A stretch of DNA of 64,000 bases from NCBI GenBank assembly GCA_964509335.1, contig CAZDXB010000010.1, positions 3,977-67,976 of the forward strand. Direction: 5' to 3'. Position 1 is the stretch's first letter. Each line of letters starts with the position of its first letter. This document shows positions 57,751 to 64,000 of this stretch, in pieces. The notes under the pieces are model-generated. The model did no database searches, was not told the origin of the DNA, and worked only from the letters and a program-made list of their open reading frames with translations. The stretch is from an uncultured Hyphomicrobiales bacterium. Lineage in GTDB: Bacteria; Bacteroidota; Ignavibacteria; Kapaibacteriales; UBA2268. Made by a program: the position numbers and the translations under genes.

Positions 57751-58632
57751 TTATTCAATATTCTGAATTTGCTCTCTAATCCGCTCCACTTCTTCTTTCA
57801 TATAAACGACTTGTTTCTGTATTTCGGCGTCGTTGCATTTGGAACCGATAGTGTTTACTTCGCGGTGCATTTCCTGAAGCAGAAAATTCATCTTTTTGCC
57901 GACGGGTTCTTGTTTTCTCGACTTCAACATTTCGTTGAAAAACTTAACGTGCGAGAGCATTCTGACGCACTCCTCGGAAATGTCCAGCTTGTCGGCGAGT
58001 AGCGCTATTTCCATTTGCAAGCGCTGTTCGTCGATTTCCTCCGTTTCGAAAAGTTGCGCTATCTTCATTCTTAACTTTTCTCGCTCTTCAGGTATTTTAT
58101 TAACGCCTAAAGCGTCCACTTCTTCAACCTTATTTTTTATTTTCCTAACTCTCGCCGTCAAATCCTTGGCTATTCTTCTGCCTTCGTTCTTTCGCATATT
58201 ATCCAAAGAAGTCAAGGCTTTGTTCAAAGCGGACTTCACGGGCCTCCACTCAATTTCCGACGCTTCGTCGTCTTTTCTCTCGTAAAAATCGCCTGAAAAC
58301 TCAAGCAGATGATCGATTTTAACGGCTTCTCTAAGTTTTAATTTACTCTTAAGATTTTTCAAATCTTCAAAGCATCTCTTCGCCGCTGCGTAATTCAACT
58401 TTAACGGGAAAGCGCCTTCTTCGTAATCTATCGTCGCGCTAATAAAAACCGAACCTCTTTCCAGCTTATTGCCAATCATATCCCTGATGTCAAATTCCCG
58501 ATGCGATAAAGATCTAGGAATCTTGCAATTGATATCTAGGTATCTTCCGTTAAGGCTTTTCAATTCTACCGTCGCCGAGACTCCTTTTTCCTTAGTTTGG
58601 ACTCTGCTATATCCTGTCATACTTTTAATCAT
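57751..58632 (-). CDS. yicC: YicC-family stress-induced protein (start placed at MIKSMTGY)
   Basis: Canonical YicC N-terminus M(I)KSMTGY. C-terminal DUF1732 with EMHREVNTIGSK. Confidence 0.85.
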   Translation of the reverse strand: MIKSMTGYSRVQTKEKGVSATVELKSLNGRYLDINCKIPRSLSHREFDIRDMIGNKLERGSVFISATIDYEEGAFPLKLNYAAAKRCFEDLKNLKSKLKLREAVKIDHLLEFSGDFYERKDDEASEIEWRPVKSALNKALTSLDNMRKNEGRRIAKDLTARVRKIKNKVEEVDALGVNKIPEEREKLRMKIAQLFETEEIDEQRLQMEIALLADKLDISEECVRMLSHVKFFNEMLKSRKQEPVGKKMNFLLQEMHREVNTIGSKCNDAEIQKQVVYMKEEVERIREQIQNIE

Positions 58633-58693
58633 AACGCTTCGTCTTTTTGTTAGTAAATAAAAACGCAAAGATAGCTAATTTTTAACTTTTAAC

Positions 58694-59236
58694 CTATAGC
58701 TCTTGATTTCTATATTGGGAGCTATAATTCACGTAATTAACCGAATGACGCGTAATTGCCTGCAATTCCTCGTTTGTTAAATCGCGGACGACTTTCGCGG
58801 GAATTCCCGCTACCAACTTGCCGTTGGGAACGGTAAATCCTTCCTTAACGACCGCCCCCGCGGCTACAATAGAGTAGGAGCGAACTTGGGCGCCGTCTAT
58901 AATTGTCGCGCTCGCGCCTATCAAGCAATTGTCGGCTATCGTCGCCCCGTGCAGGGTCGCCGAATGCCCAACAGTTACTTTCTTACCTATCGTCAGAGGG
59001 AATTTCTTCCGCGTTACGTGAAGCATACACAAATCCTGAATATTCGTCTGCTTCCCGATTCTAATATAATTGACGTCGCCGCGAATAACCGAGTTGAACC
59101 AAACCGAGCAATCCTCGTCAATCTCGACGTCGCCGATTATTCTAACGCCTTCGGCTAAAAACGCCGACGGATGAATTTTAGGCTCTTTGCCCTTAAAAGC
59201 TATTAAACTGCCGCTCTTTCCGGTTTCTATTTTCAT
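58694..59236 (-). CDS. Gamma-class carbonic anhydrase / hexapeptide-repeat (LbH) family protein
   Basis: Left-handed beta-helix hexapeptide repeats. Conserved IHP.AF....V..IGDV.I...CS.W and H.........IG. 180 aa. Confidence 0.8.
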   Translation of the reverse strand: MKIETGKSGSLIAFKGKEPKIHPSAFLAEGVRIIGDVEIDEDCSVWFNSVIRGDVNYIRIGKQTNIQDLCMLHVTRKKFPLTIGKKVTVGHSATLHGATIADNCLIGASATIIDGAQVRSYSIVAAGAVVKEGFTVPNGKLVAGIPAKVVRDLTNEELQAITRHSVNYVNYSSQYRNQEL

Positions 59237-59261
59237 ATCTAAAAAATGATTTATTTAACAT

Positions 59262-60512
59262 CTACCAAGGGATTACTTTATTCATTGGCGTTTCGTCCAA
59301 CCTTAAAACTCCAAATCTTTCGGTTAGAGGAAAAAGAATATTCGGTCCCGGAGACGCTGCCGGTCGCAACCGCAAAGGCGGAGCTTCCGACAAAGACATC
59401 ATCCTTCTTACGTCGCCCCTTTTGCTTAAAAAAAACAATCCGTAAGCGGCGTCGCTCGCTCCGCAAAACGAAATTTCATTTTCGCCTATCATCACGGGCG
59501 AAGGAACGGCGGCTTCAAAACTTTTGTCCCAAATCTTCTCGCCCTTTTTGTTCAGCTTTATTATCTGACTGATAGGCGTTCCAAAACCAGAGTTATAAGC
59601 GACAACGTATAAATCCCCGTTCTCGGCGGCGGAAATAAATCTAGGCATTTGAGCGAAACCTTTCTTCCAAATAAGTTCTCCCGACAAATCCAAAGCGTAT
59701 AAAGCCGGGAACTTTTCGCCGCCTTTATACTCGACGCCCGAAAAATATATCCGCTTGGAGTTTATTATCGGCGGTTTGACTATTCGCGCGCCCTCAAAAC
59801 TTTTCCTCCAAATCTCTTCGCCTTTGGAGTTGATATAAAGCAAAGTATCCGTTTCGCCGTATAAATTGTGCGTCAGCGGAAGAACGACATTCTCGCCGTT
59901 ATAAGAAGGAAAATAAGAAAGAATCGACATATCTTTATTCATCCCCCAAAGTCGCTCGCCTTCGAACGAATACATAGCGATTACTCCGTCGGTTGAAGCC
60001 GCTATAATTCCGTCGTTCAAAGCCAGCAAATCGGAAAAGACTGTAATGTTCTCGCCGACCTTCGTATGTCGCTTCTTCCACCTCAAATCGCCGTTTTTAG
60101 AGAAAGAGTAAAGCTTGCCGTCGTTATCTATCGCGTATATATTCTGCTTTTTATCCGCCGCCATCCCAGCCGCTACGACGAAGCTCGAATCCAGTTGGGC
60201 GGTCCACTTCAAAATCTCTTCGTCGATAAGCGAAATGGAACCGTCGGCGCAAGGATAGACGGTTTTAAAGCTGGAAAGCGAAAGTAGCGGAGCTATAACT
60301 CCTTTGTCCTTTTTTGATTCAACGGTATCTATAACGTATAATTCGCGGTAAAAATCGCCGAATCGCTCAAAGGAATTATCCCTCGCGCCTCCGCCGTATA
60401 AATTAACTAGTTCGCCCTCCAAACTCTTCTCAAAATTGCAAGAAGTTATCAGAGTCAGAGCCAAAATAACCTTACCGACTATAAGGAGCGACTTTCTTCT
60501 TTCGCTAAACAT
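59262..60512 (-). CDS. PQQ-like beta-propeller repeat lipoprotein (BamB-like)
   Basis: Lipoprotein signal ...LTLITSC. Repeated WK/W-containing beta-propeller blades (GELIWKK, GERLWG, GEEIWRK, GEKIWDK). Confidence 0.65.
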   Translation of the reverse strand: MFSERRKSLLIVGKVILALTLITSCNFEKSLEGELVNLYGGGARDNSFERFGDFYRELYVIDTVESKKDKGVIAPLLSLSSFKTVYPCADGSISLIDEEILKWTAQLDSSFVVAAGMAADKKQNIYAIDNDGKLYSFSKNGDLRWKKRHTKVGENITVFSDLLALNDGIIAASTDGVIAMYSFEGERLWGMNKDMSILSYFPSYNGENVVLPLTHNLYGETDTLLYINSKGEEIWRKSFEGARIVKPPIINSKRIYFSGVEYKGGEKFPALYALDLSGELIWKKGFAQMPRFISAAENGDLYVVAYNSGFGTPISQIIKLNKKGEKIWDKSFEAAVPSPVMIGENEISFCGASDAAYGLFFLSKRGDVRRMMSLSEAPPLRLRPAASPGPNILFPLTERFGVLRLDETPMNKVIPW

Positions 60513-60634
60513 AAACTCTCCGAATATTTTCTCGTTAAGATAACAAATTAATATATACAAAAATATCGTTAAGAAAAATAAATTCTAAATTAATAAACGA
60601 TTTAAAAACAGATGATATATTCAAGATTAAATAA

Positions 60635-62395
60635 ATGAATAAAAAATTAAAAAGAGCTATGCCAAAAATTAATTTAGAAAAAGTTATAACGGAAAAGTTC
60701 GATTTGAAGAGCCGAATAGGTTCTTTGGCGCTAGCGAATGCATTGTTGAAAGCGATAATCAAAACAACTCGCGTAAACGAAATAAATTATGTATTGAATA
60801 AATATTCCGATAAAAAGAATTTTGACTTTATAGACGAAATCTTTGAATACCTTGACTTTAGCTATTCAGTTTCGCGCAAGCACAAGTTGCGAATACCTTC
60901 GGAAGGCAAACTGATTCTCGTATCGAATCATCCAATAGGCGGGCTCGACGCTTTAGCTATACTAAACGTCGTTGGCGAAGTTAGAAACGACATAAAGTTC
61001 ATAGCGAACGACTTACTGCTGAATTTGCATAACTTATCGGACTTGTTCTTGCCCTTCGACATCTTCACCAAAAAAAATTATCTCAAGAACTTAAAAGGAA
61101 TAAACGAACACTTAAACAAAGAAGGCGTTCTGGCAATATGCCCAGCGGCGAAAGTTTCAAGATTATCTTTTAAGGGAATCAAAGATTCAAAATGGCTCAA
61201 CGGAGCCGTCAAACTAGCCAAAAGGCACAAAGCCCCCATTTTGCCCGTTTACGTAAAAACCAGAAATTCTTTATCGTTCTACGTAGCGTCGATGATTTAC
61301 AAAAATCTTTCGACCGCTATGTTGCCGAGAGAGATTTTCAACCAAAAATCAAAAACAATCGGCATAAAAATCGGACGCCAAATTCCGGCGGAAATTCTCA
61401 AAAAAAAGTCGAATGTTTCCGACGACGAGCTAAGCAAAATGCTCAGAAAACACGTTTACAGATTAGGCAAAGGAAAAAAAGTCGTTTTCAAAACCGATAG
61501 CAACATAATTCATCCGGTAAATCCCAAGATCCTAAAGAGCGATTTACTTAATTCCGAAATCTTAGGCGAAACCAAGGACGGCAAAAAAATCTTCCTAGCG
61601 GATTTTGAACGCTCTCCAAACGCTATCAAGGAAATATCCAGATTAAGAGAAATAACTTTCCGCAAGGTAGGCGAAGGAACTGGCAAAAAAGCCGACTTGG
61701 ACGAGTATGACAGATATTTCAAACACATAGTTTTATGGGATAACAAAGACTTAGAAATCGTCGGTTCCTACAGAATCGGAGTCGGCAAAGATATTGTAAA
61801 GAATAAAGGATTACAGGGCTTTTACAATGCTTCCCTATTTTTATTAGACGAAAGATTTAAGGAAAAAGCCGAAAAAGGTATAGAACTCGGTAGAAGCTTT
61901 ATACAGCAAAAATATTGGAAAACCGCCGCTCTTGATTATCTCTGGCAAGGTATCGGAGCTTATTTATCAAATCGCTCCGGAGCGAGATACTTGTTTGGAG
62001 CGGTCAGCATTAGCGCCGCTTATTCTAAATTCGCCACCCAGCTGATTGTCTATTATTATAAAAAGTGGTATAACTTCGGCGCCAAATTCGCAAAAGCAAA
62101 AACGCCCTATAAAATCAACGAACGAACCGAGAACGAACTCTCTAATATCTTCGTAGAAAATTCGCCGGAAAAAGACTTCCGCATCCTAAAATCCTCTCTT
62201 AGGAACCTTGGGTTTACAACGCCGGTTCTCTTTAGAAAGTACGTGGACATTTGCGCGCTAGGCGGCGCCGAATTCGTCGATTTCAACGTCGATGAAAATT
62301 TCAACAATTGCGTTGACGGCTTTATCATTCTCGACCTCAAAATGATTAAAAAAGAAAAAAGAAAAAGATACTACGCCGCGCCAGACGCCGTATAA
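60635..62395 (+). CDS. Bifunctional OlsF-like acyltransferase: N-terminal lysophospholipid (PlsC-type) O-acyltransferase + C-terminal OlsB/hemolysin-like N-acyltransferase (ornithine/glycine lipid synthase type)
   Basis: H(x4)D motif VSNHPIGGLDA. C-terminal GNAT-like OlsB-type domain (LWDNKDLEIVGSYRIG...GRSFIQQKYW). 586 aa. Confidence 0.7.
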   Translation: MNKKLKRAMPKINLEKVITEKFDLKSRIGSLALANALLKAIIKTTRVNEINYVLNKYSDKKNFDFIDEIFEYLDFSYSVSRKHKLRIPSEGKLILVSNHPIGGLDALAILNVVGEVRNDIKFIANDLLLNLHNLSDLFLPFDIFTKKNYLKNLKGINEHLNKEGVLAICPAAKVSRLSFKGIKDSKWLNGAVKLAKRHKAPILPVYVKTRNSLSFYVASMIYKNLSTAMLPREIFNQKSKTIGIKIGRQIPAEILKKKSNVSDDELSKMLRKHVYRLGKGKKVVFKTDSNIIHPVNPKILKSDLLNSEILGETKDGKKIFLADFERSPNAIKEISRLREITFRKVGEGTGKKADLDEYDRYFKHIVLWDNKDLEIVGSYRIGVGKDIVKNKGLQGFYNASLFLLDERFKEKAEKGIELGRSFIQQKYWKTAALDYLWQGIGAYLSNRSGARYLFGAVSISAAYSKFATQLIVYYYKKWYNFGAKFAKAKTPYKINERTENELSNIFVENSPEKDFRILKSSLRNLGFTTPVLFRKYVDICALGGAEFVDFNVDENFNNCVDGFIILDLKMIKKEKRKRYYAAPDAV

Positions 62396-62635
62396 ACGGA
62401 ACATATAAATTGTTTGAATCGTCCAACCCTTAACGCTAATATATCTTTGGAAGCGATAAAAATTATCTTTTTAATCAAAAACTTATTAGCATAATTTTAA
62501 CTTGTCGCAAAAATCAATTAAGTTTATAAAAGAAAGGCTATGAATAATTAACATTAAATTAACAAATGCTTTGCAATCAAATAACATTTGTTTCGTAAGT
62601 TTGTTATTGAGTTTTTTCATTAATAGGATACGCTT

Positions 62636-64000
62636 ATGCCTAATATAGATTTGAACAAAGTTCTAACAGAAAAGTTCGATTTAAAAAGCAAAATAGGCTC
62701 CGAGTTTTGGGCTAACCTCCTTCTAAAAATCATAAAAAAAGTAACCCGCATAAACGAAATAAACTACGTTCTAAATAAATATCCCGACAAAAAGAACTTC
62801 GACTTCATAGACGAAGTCTTTGAATATCTTGATTTTAGCTACTCAGTTTCGCGAAAGCACAAGTTGCGAATACCTTCGGAAGGCAAACTGATTCTCGTAT
62901 CGAATCATCCGATGGGCGGGCTCGACGCTTTAGCTATACTAAACGTAATCAGCGAAGTGAGAAGCGACGTTAAATTCATAGCAAACGACTTACTGCTCCA
63001 TTTGCATAACTTGTCGGGCTTGTTCTTGCCCTTCGACATTTTCACCAAAAAAAATTATCTAGCTAACTTCAAAAAAATAGAAAAACATCTGCAGAAAGAA
63101 GGCGTTCTCGCTATCTTTCCCGCCGCTAAAGTCTCGCGATTATCGCTTAAAGGAATAAAAGACTCTAAATGGCTCAACGGCGCCGTAAAATTAGCTAAAA
63201 AACACGACGCCCCTATACTCCCTGTTTTCGTCGACGCGAGAAACTCCATAACTTTTTACATAGCCTCGATGCTATACAAAAAGCTTTCAACCGCTTTATT
63301 GCCAAGAGAGATTTTCAAACAGAAATCAAAAACCATCAACATAAAGATTGGGCACCAAATTCCGGCGGAAATTTTAGACAATTCAGCTCTCGCCTCGGAC
63401 GACGTCTTAAGCAAATTACTTAAAAAGCACGTCTATAAGATGGGCGGCGGCAAAAAAGTCGTTTTCAAAACCAAAAACAATATAATTCATCCCGTAAACG
63501 TAAAATCCATTAAGAATGACTTACTGAATTCCGAACTCTTAGGCAAAACAAAAGACGGAAAGAAAATCTTCTTAACCGACCATAAGAATTCACCGAACGC
63601 TATAAAAGAAATATCTAGATTGAGGGAAATAACTTTCCGCAAGGTAGGCGAAGGAACCGGCAAAAAAGCGGATTTGGACAGATACGATAAATACTTTAAA
63701 CAAATTGTCCTTTGGGACGAAAAAGATTTAGAAATAGTCGGCTCTTATAGAATTGGAATCGGCAAAGATATAATAGCAAACCAAGGATTAAAAGGTTTTT
63801 ACAACTCTTCCCTTTTTGAGTTAGACGACAGCTTTAAAGAAAAAGCCGTTAAAGGCATAGAACTCGGAAGAAGTTTTATACAACAGAAATACTGGAAAAC
63901 TACCGCTCTCGATTACCTTTGGCAAGGAATCGGAGCTTATCTTTCAAAAAATCCCGATACGAGATACCTTTTCGGAGCGGTCAGCATTAGCGCCGCTTAT
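62636..64000 (+). CDS. Second OlsF-like bifunctional acyltransferase paralog (tandem duplicate); 3-prime end outside the window
   Basis: Open frame from the ATG at 62636 to the window edge (455 codons, no stop, so absent from the ORF track). About 80% aa identity to 60635..62395, including VSNHPMGGLDA and LWDEKDLEIVGSYRIG. Confidence 0.75.
   Translation, partial: MPNIDLNKVLTEKFDLKSKIGSEFWANLLLKIIKKVTRINEINYVLNKYPDKKNFDFIDEVFEYLDFSYSVSRKHKLRIPSEGKLILVSNHPMGGLDALAILNVISEVRSDVKFIANDLLLHLHNLSGLFLPFDIFTKKNYLANFKKIEKHLQKEGVLAIFPAAKVSRLSLKGIKDSKWLNGAVKLAKKHDAPILPVFVDARNSITFYIASMLYKKLSTALLPREIFKQKSKTINIKIGHQIPAEILDNSALASDDVLSKLLKKHVYKMGGGKKVVFKTKNNIIHPVNVKSIKNDLLNSELLGKTKDGKKIFLTDHKNSPNAIKEISRLREITFRKVGEGTGKKADLDRYDKYFKQIVLWDEKDLEIVGSYRIGIGKDIIANQGLKGFYNSSLFELDDSFKEKAVKGIELGRSFIQQKYWKTTALDYLWQGIGAYLSKNPDTRYLFGAVSISAAY

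Noticed and set aside
1-64000. CRISPR arrays, rRNA and tRNA genes
   Set aside because: No regularly spaced direct repeats with unique spacers. No tRNA-like cloverleaf candidates in the intergenic regions I inspected. No rRNA-like segments.

Overview
This 64-kb window looks like the chromosome of an uncultivated Gram-negative bacterium, probably from the Fibrobacteres-Chlorobi-Bacteroidetes (FCB) group. The evidence for that placement is a T9SS C-terminal sorting domain at 52988..53554, an OlsF-like lipid synthase and many lipoproteins. Coding density is high and GC is moderate (about 45-50%), with unusually many NCG codons.

Main content, in order along the window:
- 1811..9189: housekeeping genes (NuoF-like flavoprotein, a DUF885 lipoprotein, a PEBP/YbhB protein, RlpA, a TPR protein, a DUF3467 protein).
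- 9317..17206: a glycan/lipid-linked sugar cluster. It runs GH57 branching enzyme, Wzx flippase, Glf, a fused HAD-phosphatase/UbiA phosphoribosyltransferase, a DprE1-like FAD oxidase and a DprE2-like short-chain dehydrogenase. The combination looks like a decaprenyl-phospho-arabinofuranose-type donor pathway outside the Actinobacteria.
- 17586..26778 (minus strand): the conserved pnp-rpsO-ribF-truB-rbfA-infB-nusA block.
- 26932..39554: an acyl-CoA module. It holds a carboxyltransferase, the fused isobutyryl-CoA mutase IcmF, two acyl-CoA dehydrogenases, and an archaeal-type HMG-CoA synthase/thiolase/DUF35 trio. A DNA methyltransferase and a Cys-rich ORF are inserted within it at 28660..30164.
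- 39760..41608: a complete type II restriction-modification pair flanked by palindromic repeats.
- 41708..51208: FprA flavodiiron protein, a CrtI-like oxidoreductase, a GC-rich TonB-dependent receptor, a patatin-like lipase, a CNNM/CBS transporter, and an amino-acid permease fused to tandem UspA domains.
- 51209..53642: a cargo segment of secreted, outer-membrane and T9SS-sorted proteins. It is bounded by an 81-bp imperfect direct repeat that duplicates the in-frame 3-prime end of the permease gene.
- 53724..56200: an AT-rich (about 33% GC) island carrying a dCTP-deaminase-family (DCD, PF06559-like) gene next to a GNAT-ASCH fusion. This is my top candidate for an undescribed cytosine-N4-directed defence or modification module.
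- 56201..64000: guaA, yicC, a gamma carbonic anhydrase, a BamB-like PQQ beta-propeller lipoprotein, and two tandem OlsF-like bifunctional acyltransferase paralogs.

Intergenic regions carry a dispersed family of perfect palindromes (core TTCCCAAATT..AATTTGGGAA, with compensatory flank variation) and a second hairpin family (GAGACGCAAnATCTTGCGTCTC). I saw no rRNA, tRNA or CRISPR.
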